Counted from the stretch's first letter, positions 1-11,954 are shown. The stretch is DNA of 64,000 nt from a virus (IMGVR_UViG_3300025715_000009:64001-128000), one strand, 5' to 3'. Numbers and translations are program-made. The notes: generated from the letters alone by a model not told the origin.

Positions 1-255
1 ATTAGAAAATGGTCCTTGAGAAAATGGATTCTGTTTAGGAATATCAGCAGTTCCAAACATATCATAATTTTTTCTTTTCTCTGGATCTGATAAAACAGCA
101 TATGCTTCTTGAATCTTTTTAAATTGTTCTTCTGAAGATTTGTCACCTGAGTTTTTATCTGGGTGATATTTCAAAGCTAACTTTTTAAAAGATTTTTTTA
201 TTTCTTCTTGGGTTGCTTTTTCATCCACTTGAAGAGTTTTATAATATTCTTTCAA
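1..255 (-). CDS. dnaJ: DnaJ-family J-domain protein, N-terminal part (runs off the window)
   Basis: Manual translation from TTG at 255: MKEYYKTLQVDEKATQEEIKKSFKKLALKYHPDKN...FKKIQEAYAVLSDPEKRKNYD. HPD motif present. Not in the ORF track. Confidence 0.9.
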   Translation of the reverse strand, partial: MKEYYKTLQVDEKATQEEIKKSFKKLALKYHPDKNSGDKSSEEQFKKIQEAYAVLSDPEKRKNYDMFGTADIPKQNPFSQGPFSN

Positions 256-873
256 TTACACAACCTCGTCTACTAATCCCCACTCAAGACATTTCTCAGC
301 ATCTAACCAAAGATCATGTTTTAATATTTCATCAAGTTCTTTTTCTGGAATTTTTGTTTTATCTCTATAAATCTGTTTTATCCTATTCATAAGATTTTCA
401 CTATTCTTCATATCATCTTTCAATTCTTCAAATTTTCCCCAATGAACAGATGACAATTGATGAATAAGCATATAACTTGTTTTGGTTATTAATCGTTTTG
501 CACCAGCTACAGATAATAGAGTAGCAGCACTTGCAGCACCACCTTCTACATATGTCCAAATTGGAATTGGATTTCTTGATATAAGATCATATGTCGCAAA
601 TGCACTTAATACACTTCCACCATAACTGTGAATGTATAATTCAATATGATCATCATTTTTTGATCCAGGCATATACTTGGATGGATTTAAAGCAATAAGC
701 TTATAATTCATTTCACGAATAAATTTATTAAGCTTAAACATCGTGTTTTGATCAATCTCCTCATAGAGATAAATTTTGTTGTCAAAAACCTCAATATTAG
801 AAGTGATATTCTTTATTTCATCTTCCATTTTAGGTGTTTGGTTTTTTTTAACTCCCCAATTCAAATTTAGCAT
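256..873 (-). CDS. clpP: ClpP-like serine protease
   Basis: HSYGGSV, AASAA (Ser), MLIHQ (His), DLWLDAEKCLEWGLVDEV. Likely start ATG 873 after GGAG. Confidence 0.9.
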   Translation of the reverse strand: MLNLNWGVKKNQTPKMEDEIKNITSNIEVFDNKIYLYEEIDQNTMFKLNKFIREMNYKLIALNPSKYMPGSKNDDHIELYIHSYGGSVLSAFATYDLISRNPIPIWTYVEGGAASAATLLSVAGAKRLITKTSYMLIHQLSSVHWGKFEELKDDMKNSENLMNRIKQIYRDKTKIPEKELDEILKHDLWLDAEKCLEWGLVDEVV

Positions 874-1318
874 GTCTTTTATCCCACTCCTTTTCTCTTT
901 TATTTTTACATTTTTCACATAAAGCTGAATCCCAACCATTTACACGAGATATGTTGCCTTCTAATCCACACTCCTCACAGGTATGACAAGATCTGTGTTC
1001 ATACTCATCCATAAGATCTTGCATTTCTCTTGTTGCACCGTAAGAATAAACTCTCAATGATCCATATTTTTCTTTTAACTGAAGAACACGAAATCCTTCT
1101 TCTTTGTTTTTTAAAAGATCTTTTGCTCTTTCATTGATTGGAATTGAGTTTAAATAATCTTGATACATTTTTTCTAATTTTTCAGACAACTCCCAAATTA
1201 AATCAAACCACCCATTTCCACACTCAAAACCAAAAGCCATTAAAGAATCTGTTAATGGAAGATTTGTCTTATAAAAATCAAATCTTTGTGTAAGCTTTTC
1301 TTCAAGTTCTTGTTTCAT
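848..1318 (-). CDS. Phage hypothetical protein with C-terminal CxxC pairs
   Basis: GWFDLI...QLKEKYGSLRVY...CEECG...LCEKC. Confidence 0.6.
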   Translation of the reverse strand: MKQELEEKLTQRFDFYKTNLPLTDSLMAFGFECGNGWFDLIWELSEKLEKMYQDYLNSIPINERAKDLLKNKEEGFRVLQLKEKYGSLRVYSYGATREMQDLMDEYEHRSCHTCEECGLEGNISRVNGWDSALCEKCKNKREKEWDKRHAKFELGS

Positions 1319-1479
1319 TTTTCTCTCACTATAAAATATCGTATGTCTTTACAAGGGATTATATTATTAAATATACAATGTAATTTACACCTGGAATAAG
1401 ATTCTGTTTCTATATAATATATGCAATCTTTGCAGGTCTTTCCTAATAATAAAGCTTTAGCATGTAGGTAATCATTCAT
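1315..1479 (-). CDS. Small Cys-rich protein with AKxLL N-terminal tag
   Basis: Manual translation MNDYLHAKALLLGKTCKDC...; 54 aa; fills the gap and overlaps both neighbours. Confidence 0.75.
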   Translation of the reverse strand: MNDYLHAKALLLGKTCKDCIYYIETESYSRCKLHCIFNNIIPCKDIRYFIVREK

Positions 1480-2722
1480 ATAATGAGTTAAATAATTTTT
1501 CTGTTTTATCTAAATTATTCAAGTGAGATTGCAGTTTATATTTTTCTAAAAATGCCTTGAATACAACTACATCAAAATGTTTTTTATTATATAAAGAATC
1601 AAAATTGATATCCAAATTTATTAAATTAGGATTGTTTTCAATGTTTACTATGCTATAAAATTGTTTAAATTGCTTTATCTTATCCTCTTTGTTTTTTAAT
1701 AAAGAAGAGATTGTTTTAAATAATTGCAAATCATTCATTCCAAAAACTTGTTCTGCCCATTTTTGGGCTGTTATTTTACCTACACCTTTTATTCCAGGGA
1801 TGTTGTCTGTAATATCACCAGCAAGAGCTTTAAACACTGCTACATTATAAGTAGTAGGAGCAGACATAAAAACATTCTTTTTAGGATCAAATTGTTTAGC
1901 AGTGGGAAATCTTTGAACAATTTGTAAGAGGTCAGAATCATTTGATATAATAATCATCTCTGATCCAAATTTATGAGCATTGGCTGCTGCCCAAAATAAG
2001 ATATCATCTGCTTCATACCCTTCTTTTGTAAATTGATAAATTGGCAAGAATGAAATAATTTTTCTTAAATTACTCATTGCTTGAAATAATACCTCATAAT
2101 CAGATTTCATTTCACGGTTTGATTTATACTCAGGATAAATCTCTTTTCTCCATGAGATAGAATTTTTCATATCCCATGTAATAAAATAATGACCTTGGAA
2201 TTGTTTAAAAAACGATATCAATTTATTAAAGAACAAATGATATGTCATACCTTCAAGGAAAGATTCTCTTCCTTCTGTTGGATTGTTTTTATTAACAATG
2301 TTTTGAGCAGAGTGAAAACAAATATGTGCTAAATTATTACCATCAATCATTATTACTTTATTCATGTACTCCCCTTTAAATCTTTGGATGATGCATTTTT
2401 TGCCATGTTCTTGACAAAGATTGATTGTGTGTTCTGTTCCCTTAGATTGTCCATCCCAAAAAGCAAAGATTAAGTCTGCATTTCTTACTATTTTAATATT
2501 TCTTAAGAAGCCAGCTTGTTTGCCATATCTATTCCAGTCAGGGTAAAAAATCTGTTTTTCTATTTTATTAATTGTTGCAAATCTCTCTCCTAAACGATCT
2601 GCTCCTTTTGCCCCTCCTGATATTACAAGATCAATATCTTCTATTTTAATATTATCTGAAATAACTTTTTCTAAAAGAGGATAATCATTAAATGTTCTTG
2701 AACCAACAATTGCTATTTTCAT
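1472..2722 (-). CDS. SLOG (YspA/DUF2493-like) domain fused to 5'-3' exonuclease (T4 RNase H/FEN-like)
   Basis: N-term IAIVGSR..SGGAKGAD..RN..AFWDGQSKGT; C-term IDGNN, YPEYKSNR, EADD, SNDSDL, GDITDNIPGIKGVG. Confidence 0.85.
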   Translation of the reverse strand: MKIAIVGSRTFNDYPLLEKVISDNIKIEDIDLVISGGAKGADRLGERFATINKIEKQIFYPDWNRYGKQAGFLRNIKIVRNADLIFAFWDGQSKGTEHTINLCQEHGKKCIIQRFKGEYMNKVIMIDGNNLAHICFHSAQNIVNKNNPTEGRESFLEGMTYHLFFNKLISFFKQFQGHYFITWDMKNSISWRKEIYPEYKSNREMKSDYEVLFQAMSNLRKIISFLPIYQFTKEGYEADDILFWAAANAHKFGSEMIIISNDSDLLQIVQRFPTAKQFDPKKNVFMSAPTTYNVAVFKALAGDITDNIPGIKGVGKITAQKWAEQVFGMNDLQLFKTISSLLKNKEDKIKQFKQFYSIVNIENNPNLINLDINFDSLYNKKHFDVVVFKAFLEKYKLQSHLNNLDKTEKLFNSLYE

Positions 2723-3835
2723 TTTAATGGTGGAGTTGCTCTTTCTATTCTACTAAAATCAAGATTTAATTTTTTAAAAAAATCATTATATAAGATCCAA
2801 GCAGTTTTTATGTCGATACTTGGATTTTCAAGCATTTTTTTATATTTTTTCACCATTATAAGCTCATCGACAGTTTTCATTAGGTCTTCAGCTTTTTCTC
2901 TTGCTTTAAACACTTGTTTCCTCTAACAATTTAATTTTTGCTAAAATCCAATCTGGAGTTAGTGAATTTAATTCTTCAGGTGTTATATTAAAAGTTGCTT
3001 TAAAATCATTATATACAAAATATACAGTAAAAGGATCTAAAGTAGAATTAGATAATGCCTGCTTGTACTCTTTTAATACAATGTTTTTTCTCCAATCTTT
3101 TTTAAACGCCTCTGTTATGCTTGCCATATCTAACTCCTCAACTGCCTTTATTTTAGATAGAGGATTCGCCTGTTCAATTTCTCTAAGCATATAAACCACA
3201 GAATGCATTGTGTCTGGATCTAAATAAAGATTTTTAGAAAAAAATGATAATAAACGCTCGGCTTTCAAATGTTGCTCTAAATCCTTCCAAAAGTGTTTAA
3301 AGTTGGGCATCTTTTAATTCCCACTCAATATAATTATTTTTTATGACTGGTTTAAAAGATCCTCTAATAATAGCTCGGCAATCAGAATCAGACAATTGAA
3401 TTTTTGATCCTGGTTTAACAAAATACATATTTTTTGAATTTGTGTTTTCTTGAATAATTTTATAGCCTTGTTGCATCCTTAAGATTATTTGTTGAGTAAG
3501 ATCTTGAACAGATTGCTTTTCAAATTCTGCAGCTTCATCAGCCATTTTTTGCAGCTTATCCTTAATCTCTTTTATCCTCTCTTCTTTATCATATTTAAAT
3601 TCTATTAATTGCTCCCAATTATGATAATGATCGGCCATCCAAGATTCTAAATTTAAAGCATAAATATTTACTTTTTCTCCTTGTTGAGAAAATATTATCC
3701 TCTCCCCATCTTGATATTCATAACTATCTAATGTCTTTATTACAGATATGGGAACAGACCCAGGTCCATGTAAATAAACATGAAGATTTCCGCCTGGGTC
3801 TGCTTGTTGTAATAATTCTATCAGATCTTTTGTTT

Positions 3836-4225
3836 TCATCTTAGCTTTAAATCACCAGTAATTTTATCAATTTTTATTGCCTCATCTGGTCCAATAGCAA
3901 GAGCAGTTGTGGTTTTATTGCCTGCAAATTCAGTCATACCATTATCAATGATAATAGCATATGGGATGTTTGCTTGTCTGGCTTGTTCAGCAAGTTGATA
4001 AATCTGATCTTCTGTCTCAACACCAACTACTACTTTGGTAAATGCTCCTTGCATCCATGCTTCCATTTCAGGAGTAAATTGAGTGTTATAGTTTTGATGT
4101 TCTGACTTCTCGCTCTTTTTCATACGATCGAAAAATACTTTCATAGAGGCATGGCTGGCCTGGGCTGCTTCTTTCCCGCGACGCATATTAAGATCAGTTC
4201 GAATCACTATTACCTGTTTTACCAT
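3836..4225 (-). CDS. pth2: Peptidyl-tRNA hydrolase, Pth2 family
   Basis: KQVIVIRTDLNMRRGKEAAQASHAS, KVVV, IIDNGMTE, TALAIGP, IDKITGDLKL. Confidence 0.9.
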   Translation of the reverse strand: MVKQVIVIRTDLNMRRGKEAAQASHASMKVFFDRMKKSEKSEHQNYNTQFTPEMEAWMQGAFTKVVVGVETEDQIYQLAEQARQANIPYAIIIDNGMTEFAGNKTTTALAIGPDEAIKIDKITGDLKLR

Positions 4226-4697
4226 TCTTGCCTCCCATTACATTATTCATAAACCCAAGAAAAAACTGTTTAGTCATATTAAGATAATCTTGATAATAAA
4301 CCCTTGAAATACAATAAGCCCACCAACTTATCCAAGATAAAATACTAAACAATACAATATATTGATTGCTTATAAATAGAATACCAGCACAACTTAGAAT
4401 AATTAAAAATGCCATAAAATAAGACAATTCCCAAGATACAATGACTGGTTTATGATCAAATTTTTGATTATTAGTAGCAAAGAAGGAAAAAATATTTTGC
4501 ATTTTTTTGTTTTGAAAAAGAGCAATTCCTTGAAAAAGAAATGTTGTAATTGCTAATAATATAACAGTAAATTGATCAAGTATAAATGTTCCAGACATTA
4601 ACAACTCAAGAATGAGATATATTGGCATTAAAGTCGATAGCATAATATGTTTAGATAAACCATGTTTAAAAACAAACCAGGAAATAAGAATATTCAT
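4194..4697 (-). CDS. Membrane protein, unknown function
   Basis: Several hydrophobic segments. Confidence 0.55.
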   Translation of the reverse strand: MNILISWFVFKHGLSKHIMLSTLMPIYLILELLMSGTFILDQFTVILLAITTFLFQGIALFQNKKMQNIFSFFATNNQKFDHKPVIVSWELSYFMAFLIILSCAGILFISNQYIVLFSILSWISWWAYCISRVYYQDYLNMTKQFFLGFMNNVMGGKNGKTGNSDSN

Positions 4698-5566
4698 TGA
4701 ACCTCCATTACACCGTTGTTAAAAGAAATATGCTTACAATTGAACCCGGCAGCTTGTTTATGACCACCACCACCATATTTCTTGGCTATTTCTGATACAT
4801 CAATATTGCTTGTTGTATATATGCTTATATCATATCTATTACCATTCCATGTCCAGGCAATCATAATATCATGGATAAGAGGATCATAATATCCTGTGAA
4901 AAATTGACTATTTTTGAGGAATGTGTTGGCCACTATTGCTTTTTTACCTTCAAATATTACATCATGACAAAGATTTGATGCCCCTTTATTGTAAATATTT
5001 TTCATACACTCCCAAGCAACGTTTCCATCTTTAATGACATCATCAATCCAATTATTGTCTGATTCTATCCACTTAGACCATAGTTTAAAATTGTCATCAT
5101 AATATGGATCTGTTTTAAAAAGATTCATACCCTGTTGAAATGGCATTATCTCCTCATTCCACTTTTTAATATCCTTATTATCCCAAATATCATATCTTCC
5201 TAATAATTTAACAAATTTAGGCATTGTTTTTCTTATAAAGAAAGACCAAGAGAGTTCGCAAGCAGAATTATCCATTGAAATAATACCATCAACCATATAT
5301 TTTTCTAAACCAATGGAAGTCTTGTGATGATCAATTAAAATGGTTTTAAATCTTTGCATAATAGAAATCATCTTGTCTTGTGGTTGAATAGACACATCCA
5401 TAAAGACCAACTCATCTGTTTCTGCCCATTGATCAAATGGTAGATCATCGCCATAGTTCATAGGAACCATTTCATACGGAAATTTCATTTTATCATAATA
5501 ATAACGAGCAATAGCTCCTGAGCATTTACCATCTAAATCTGCCACATGATATATTATTCTAATCAT
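4694..5566 (-). CDS. DHH/DHHA1 phosphoesterase
   Basis: YHVADLDG, FMD, IDHH, GGGGHKQAAGF. Confidence 0.9.
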   Translation of the reverse strand: MIRIIYHVADLDGKCSGAIARYYYDKMKFPYEMVPMNYGDDLPFDQWAETDELVFMDVSIQPQDKMISIMQRFKTILIDHHKTSIGLEKYMVDGIISMDNSACELSWSFFIRKTMPKFVKLLGRYDIWDNKDIKKWNEEIMPFQQGMNLFKTDPYYDDNFKLWSKWIESDNNWIDDVIKDGNVAWECMKNIYNKGASNLCHDVIFEGKKAIVANTFLKNSQFFTGYYDPLIHDIMIAWTWNGNRYDISIYTTSNIDVSEIAKKYGGGGHKQAAGFNCKHISFNNGVMEVQ

Positions 5567-5765
5567 TCTTTAACTCCTCTAATTTATTCTTAATTGAATT
5601 CATATAATTTATTACGTTTGTCATTAATTCTTCTGCTCCTGTCCAATCTTCACAGGTATGATACTTTTCACGAAAATAGCGATAAGCGGCGCATTTTTCA
5701 TGTATCATGCAATTGTCGCATGTTTTGTCTTGTAATAAATTTTTAGCTTCTTGATCTACTGTCAT
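5559..5765 (-). CDS. Small CxxC protein with AKxLL tag
   Basis: MTVDQEAKNLLQDKTCDNC. Confidence 0.7.
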   Translation of the reverse strand: MTVDQEAKNLLQDKTCDNCMIHEKCAAYRYFREKYHTCEDWTGAEELMTNVINYMNSIKNKLEELKND

Positions 5766-6788
5766 TTCAAATAATCCTTGACTAATTTACTATTTTTATA
5801 TAATCCATGAATATACAATTCACCATTTTCAAGCCATTGCTTAGATTCACCATCTAATTTATTGTTTTTATACAAACCACATACCCATAATTGTCCATTT
5901 TCAAACCACTCTTTATATTCACCATTTAATTTACCATCTTTATAAAGTCGATAAATCCATAATTGTCCATTAGAATACCACTCTTTATATTCACCATTTA
6001 ATTTACCATCTTTATAAAAACAATATTGTTGTGATAACCCATTATCAAACCACTCTTTATATTCACCATCTAACTTATCATCTATCATATAATATTGTAC
6101 TGCCATCTGACCATTGTTATGATACAAAACCACTTCTTTTCTTAATAATAAAGCTTTAGCCTGTTGATCAATTGTCATTTCAAATAATCCTTGACTACTT
6201 TGCCATTTTTATATAAGCAATGAATAAACAATTTTCCATCTTCAAGCAATTGCTTATATTCACCATTTAATTTACTGTTTTTATAAAAACAATGTATCCA
6301 TAATCTTCCATTTTTATACCACTCTTTATATTCACCATCAAATTCACTATTAACTCTATAATACTGTTTTTTTATTTTTCCATTTTCATGATAAGTAATT
6401 ACTTCTTTTCTTAATAATAAAGCTTTAGCCTGTTGATCAATTGTCATTTCAAATAATCCTTAATCATATCATCATCTTTATATAAACAATGTTCTATCAA
6501 TCTACCTGTTTTATCCCAATGTTTATATTCACCATCTCTTTTTCCATTTTTTATAAAATAATGTTCCCATAATTCACCATCTTGATACCACACTTTATAT
6601 TCACCATTTAATTCATCATTTTTGAAAAAACAATGTATCCAAATTTGTTTATTATTATAGTATAGTTTATATTCACCATCTAACTTATCATCTATCATAT
6701 AATATTGTGCTAATTTTTGACTATCATCATAATAATCTATTATTTCCTCTCTTAATAATAAATTTTTAGCTTCTTGGTCAATTGTCAT
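5762..6788 (-). CDS. Array of three MORN-variant (YwqK-like) repeat proteins: 5762-6178, 6175-6447, 6444-6788
   Basis: Repeats GEYKEW(Y/F)xNGxL...YKxGK; shared MTIDQxAKxLLLR start and KDYLK end; ATGA overlaps. Confidence 0.85.
6132..6461. repeat. 61-bp identical direct repeat (6132-6192, 6401-6461) spanning MORN gene junctions
   Basis: acttcttttcttaataataaagctttagcctgttgatcaattgtcatttcaaataatcctt occurs twice. Confidence 0.85.
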
Positions 6789-6831
6789 GTTTTAATTCCA
6801 CAATAATACAACTTGCTATCCACATCAAATT

Positions 6832-8124
6832 TCATACATCTCTCCCTTCTTGATATATATGCTTAATGATTGGAAAACGTAAGCTATATGATCCATCTTT
6901 ATTTTTACTCTCTTCAAAATATTTAACACATATGGTCTTGCCTACAATCATCTCAGGATGATCTCTATACAGTCTACGTTGCTCAAGGTCAAATCCTGAT
7001 CCTACTCCTACAATATTACCTTTATGTAGGATATTAACACGACTGAGCATCTCCTCTTCAATTTCTAACCCAGTTTCTTTAGAGATCACCCTAAATGGTC
7101 CTGTTTCAATCCCTTGAACTATATATTCAGCATCTTGCATCTTTTTAACCTTTAAAAGATCATTGCTCCTCTTACCTTTGTATATGTCGTCTTTTCGAAT
7201 AATCAATCCTTCCCATCCTCTCTCTTCTGCTTCATTTGACATTTTATTGAGGTGGTCAATATCTTGGATGGGGATTTGATCTACAATTGATAGTGTCCCT
7301 AATTTAAGAGATAGAATCTTAAGTTTTATATCTTGCATTCTATCCACCCTATCAGAAAATAGTTCTTTTCCCTCTCCTCGATGAAAATCTTTAACAGGGA
7401 TAATGTCAAATATTTTATACATAGGATGATCTAATGTAAAATCTTTTCTCCTTATTTCTTTCATTACAGAATCAAAATGTTCATTACCATTTTCATCAAC
7501 AATACATATTTCTCCATCTAGAACATATTTATATCCAAGATTTAATTTCTCTAGATCAGAAATAACTTTTCCTAATGTATCAAATTCTTTCCCTTGACGA
7601 GACATTAATTTCCAATTTACTTCATCTTGAGGGATGGCAAGGCATCTTACACCATCCATCTTACGTGATGCATACCACTTATCTTTAAAGTCAATTTTAT
7701 CGGCTTGATCTTCAAAGTTATTTGCAAGAGCTACATTAAATTCTGGGATAAGATCAGGATAAATAGAATTGATTGTTTTGGCATCAATTCTAACTTTGAG
7801 ATTTTTATCAATGATATTATAGATCAATGTCTTATATTCTGGATTTGCAGAAACAAATCCATTTACTGCAGAAATTGCTGTATGACCTGTAATTCGTCTA
7901 GAAGAGAGTGCCCATAAAAGAACAATAAGATCAGTATATGCTTCACCAATTAAATCTTGTCTTTTTTCACAATTTTCAGAAGAGACATAAAATTGAATAT
8001 AAGGATTATATACCCACTTTAATAATTCTTGGCATTGTGGATATTTTTTTAGAACTGCTTTTTTATCAAGAGTTGAATTGCTCTTATTTAAATCATTAAT
8101 TAGATCCTGCATGTCTTTTAACAT
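6832..8124 (-). CDS. ATP-dependent DNA ligase
   Basis: KMDGVR (motif I), LDGE, FDI, EGLIIR, LLKVK, VGSGF, SLRFP. Confidence 0.95.
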   Translation of the reverse strand: MLKDMQDLINDLNKSNSTLDKKAVLKKYPQCQELLKWVYNPYIQFYVSSENCEKRQDLIGEAYTDLIVLLWALSSRRITGHTAISAVNGFVSANPEYKTLIYNIIDKNLKVRIDAKTINSIYPDLIPEFNVALANNFEDQADKIDFKDKWYASRKMDGVRCLAIPQDEVNWKLMSRQGKEFDTLGKVISDLEKLNLGYKYVLDGEICIVDENGNEHFDSVMKEIRRKDFTLDHPMYKIFDIIPVKDFHRGEGKELFSDRVDRMQDIKLKILSLKLGTLSIVDQIPIQDIDHLNKMSNEAEERGWEGLIIRKDDIYKGKRSNDLLKVKKMQDAEYIVQGIETGPFRVISKETGLEIEEEMLSRVNILHKGNIVGVGSGFDLEQRRLYRDHPEMIVGKTICVKYFEESKNKDGSYSLRFPIIKHIYQEGRDV

Positions 8125-8170
8125 TTATTACTCCTCTAAAATTCTTATTTGTACACTATCTTTATATATT

Positions 8171-9203
8171 TCACTCGTCAAATATATTCCATATTTTATA
8201 TTCATCATTTAATTTATCATTTTTATAAAAACCTTGTCTAGATAACTGATCATCTTCCCTCCATTCTTTATATTCTCCATCCATCATATCATCAATTAAA
8301 TAATAATGTTTATGAGTTTTTTCTGGTGTAAAATAAACAATTGCTTCCTCTCTTAATAACAAAGCTTTAGCTTTTTGATCTATTGTCATCTATTTTCTCC
8401 GAAAGATCTTTAATAAACTTTCCATTTTTATATACTTGGTAGACAATTAACTTACCATCTTTATCCCATATTTTTATTTTACTATCTCCTTTGCCATCTT
8501 TATAAAAACAATGTACACATAATTGTCCATTATCAAACCACTCCTTATATTCACCATCTATTTTGTTGTCTATCATATAATATTGTTTAGACACTTTTCC
8601 ATTTTCATGATAAGTAATTATTTCCTCTCTTAATAATAATGCTTTAGCTTCTTGATCAATTGTCATCTTAAATAACCCTTGACTACTTTATCATCTTTAT
8701 ATAATTTATGAATTGTTAAATGACCATCTTTATCCCAAAATTTATATTCACCATCTTTTTTACCTTGTTTATAAAAATAACGGCACCATATTTTACCATT
8801 TTCATGCCATCTTTTATATTCACCATTTAATTTACCATTAATTAAATAATACTTCTCTTTTATTTTTCCATTTTCATGATAAGCAGTTACTTCTTCTCTT
8901 AATAATAATTCTTTAGCTTGTTGGTCTATTGTCATGAAAATAATCCTTAATTAACACACCATCTTTATAAAAACAATATTGAAATAATTGTCCATTTTCA
9001 AACCATCTTTTAAATTTACCATCTTTTTCACCGTTTTTATAAAAACAATACACCCATAGTTGTCCATTTTCATGCCATTGTTTATATTCACCATCATATT
9101 TATCATCTATTTTATAATATTGTGCTGACATTTGATCATTATTATAATAAGCAATTACTTCCTCTCTTAATAATAAATTTTTAGCTTCTTGATCTACTGT
9201 CAT
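8171..9203 (-). CDS. Array of four MORN-variant repeat proteins: 8171-8389, 8367-8666, 8663-8935, 8913-9203
   Basis: Same MT(I/V)DQxAKxLLLREE start and GEYKxW repeats. Confidence 0.85.
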
Positions 9204-9212
9204 AATTTAATC

Positions 9213-9395
9213 CTATGTAATCTCTCCTATATCAAAAAATTGGCACTCCTCAATTCCTCCATAACATAAATAAAAATCACTTGGCATTACTTGACCAATA
9301 TCAACTTTATAACAGTTGTTTTCATAATAAAATCTACATGCAAGACAAGGTGTTTTGTTTAATAATAAATTTTTAGCGACATCATTTATTTGCAT
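9213..9395 (-). CDS. Small CxxC protein with AKxLL tag
   Basis: MQINDVAKNLLLNKTPCLAC. Confidence 0.65.
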   Translation of the reverse strand: MQINDVAKNLLLNKTPCLACRFYYENNCYKVDIGQVMPSDFYLCYGGIEECQFFDIGEIT

Positions 9396-10366
9396 TCTTT
9401 AAACCCATAAAGAAATGCTGCTTGTGATAATAGTTTATCATATCATATATTCTTTGCAGCTTAGATTTACTTTGTTTATAAATATTTAATTCAATAATTT
9501 CTGCCATATCCCATTTTGCTTCTTCAATGTTAATATTAGAAGCAAGAATAAATAATTGAGCATTATCCGAATATTCCGGGTTAGCTAGAGCTTTTAATAG
9601 TAAATTTCCATTGGGGGAAAAATTTTCTCTAAATGCCTCATTTTCAATAATCTTTTTTTCGAATGGTGTCATCTGAAATAGATCGACCATCTTGGCGTAA
9701 ATGATCTTGTCATGATTTGAATTATGGGTTAGTGCTTGAAAACGATCAGCTAGAAAAGAGATATGAAATTGATAATGGAGGAAAGCTGCTAGATTAATTA
9801 CCCAATTATCTAAATAATAATAGATTGATAGTTTCATTTTATCCCCATTTCTTTTTTTAAAACATTTAAATCTAATATTTCATCATCATCTCTTGCTGTG
9901 TTGTTTTTAAAATTTCTATTAAATTTTTTTATAATAATATTATCAAACCTTGTATCAGACTTGGATAAATTCACATCTTTTTTAACATATACTACTTTTA
10001 AAAGTTTTTGAAAAACATTTAAAATATCATATTCATCAGAGATATTATTTTCCCATAAATAGTTTATAATATCACGAGTATTAATTATATGATCACTATG
10101 AAGAACACTTTCATCTCCAAATTTTTCTTTTTTATTTATATAACCGTCTTGATATCCTATTACAAATGCAGCGTTTTTAGAATGATGGGTTAACATATCA
10201 GCAAGTCGACTTTTATAAGAAATATAATCATTTTTTGATATATTAGATTTTTTTTGTACAAGTTCTGATATTGTCCCAATATTCATACTTAAGCCAAGAG
10301 CATGAGTTCGCGTCATATTACAAACATTCATGATATGTTCAATAAATTTGTTTGAAGCAATCACAC

Positions 10367-10903
10367 TCATAGATCATACCTCACTTGTAAGAAATCCAAA
10401 ACAATTTCAATTCTCTTGATCATCAGCTCTTGAATTTTGTCAGCAGTGATATGATCTTTAAGCATAGAAAGAATTGTCCTTGTTTCCTTGTAATATTTTT
10501 TAATAAATGAAATATGAACATTATCTCCTTCAAGATACATTACATTATGAAGGCGATCAGCTAATTTGACAGTAAGAGCAGCAGGTGTCATTTTGATCAT
10601 CTTAGCCCCAAGATATAATCCTTTGTCCATTTCCTTGGGTTTTTGAGATGTCAATTCTTCAACAATTGAGGCTACTCTATCACCAAACAACTCTTTTATC
10701 TCCTTAAGAGTAGCAGAAGTATCTTCAAGAACATCATGTAGAAGACCAGAAACTACTAGTTCTTCATCACCAGTAAGCTGTTCTAGGAGTCGAGCTACTG
10801 CTTTAGGGTGAGTAAAATAAGGCAGATCAGTAAACTTCCTAATCTGACCAGCATGCTTTTCTTGAGCATATTCATAAGCCTTAATTACTCGTTCTTTAAG
10901 CAT
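10367..10903 (-). CDS. HD-domain (p)ppGpp hydrolase-like protein (small alarmone hydrolase)
   Basis: AYEYAQEKHAGQIRK..PYFTHP, LLHDVLEDT, VKLADRLHN. Confidence 0.9.
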   Translation of the reverse strand: MLKERVIKAYEYAQEKHAGQIRKFTDLPYFTHPKAVARLLEQLTGDEELVVSGLLHDVLEDTSATLKEIKELFGDRVASIVEELTSQKPKEMDKGLYLGAKMIKMTPAALTVKLADRLHNVMYLEGDNVHISFIKKYYKETRTILSMLKDHITADKIQELMIKRIEIVLDFLQVRYDL

Positions 10904-11277
10904 AGACTTCTCCTAAGGAAATTATACTATATAATTCTATATTCTAAACTATATCTACTTCTTCAAACATACCTCTTTCAAGATAAGCATTATATGAAAC
11001 TGGCATCTCCCATGGCATTCTTATAATTTTGCCATAAAATTCATCTTCATAATATAGATTTTCGAATATAGCGGCTTGCCCATTTAATCCAGCATAGATA
11101 CATTTCCTAGGCTGTCTATCCATCCAGCATTTCCAAAGCCAAATATCTTTATAGTCCGTACTCATAGAGTAGTCTGGCTTGTTCGGATCAAATAAGAGGA
11201 TATGGCCTGTAAATTGGTAATATTTACCTTCTTCGAAATGATTTATCACAGATTTAACTCCTTCTAAGTAAATATGC

Positions 11278-11284
11278 AAGATAA
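11278..11284 (+). promoter_or_regulatory. AAGATAA putative late-promoter element (first of 15 gene-proximal copies)
   Basis: Other copies on + at 16350, 18996, 23808, 25961, 30044, 35484, 36805, 46710; on - at 18973, 23789, 25912, 53752, 55935, 59391. Each is immediately upstream of a start codon. Confidence 0.7.
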
Positions 11285-11289
11285 ATGAT

Positions 11290-11954
11290 ATGAGTACAAG
11301 TGGAAAAATAATCTTCAAGATTGGTAAAACAGACTACCCTTTTAGGACAGCCTCTGATGGGTATGAAAATGGGATACATAGTTTTCTCTCATCTATTAAA
11401 ATCCTATGTACATCAGAATTAATATCTTGGGATGAATTTTATAACTTTATTAAACAATATGCAACTAGTTATGGCATTAGATTTCTTGGGCTCTCTGGTG
11501 AATATGATTTAATTACAAAACTGCCTAATATTAAAATAACAGATTTGTTTGATCCATTTGGCGATGGTTATTTAGAAAGAGATGAGTATGAAGATAGTGA
11601 TGTATTTTATACATATGAAGTTGGATATAAATTAACTTATATGCTTTTACATGGTAGATTAATAAAATTTCTTAATCTAAGTAAAGAAGAATGTCAACAG
11701 AAATTGATAAATTATGTATTTACAGGTGATATAGACTTATGAAATATTTTGTATCAGAAAAAAATGGCTATAACTCTACTATCTTTTATTGCCCAGTTGG
11801 TGATGGGTATATTGGTGTAGAATATAAGAAGAATGGTAATTATGTAGGTACGTTTTTTGATTTTGAAATTAATTATGATCGAGAAATAAAAGATCTACCA
11901 GAAGATGTACAACAAAAAGTTATATTTTATTTATTCCGATTATATTGGGTCTAA
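11290..11954 (+). CDS. Two plus-strand hypothetical proteins (11290-11742, 11739-11954) with C-terminal hIxxhF tag
   Basis: Ends QQKLINYVF and QQKVIFYLF; ATGA overlap; AAGATAA upstream. Confidence 0.65.
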
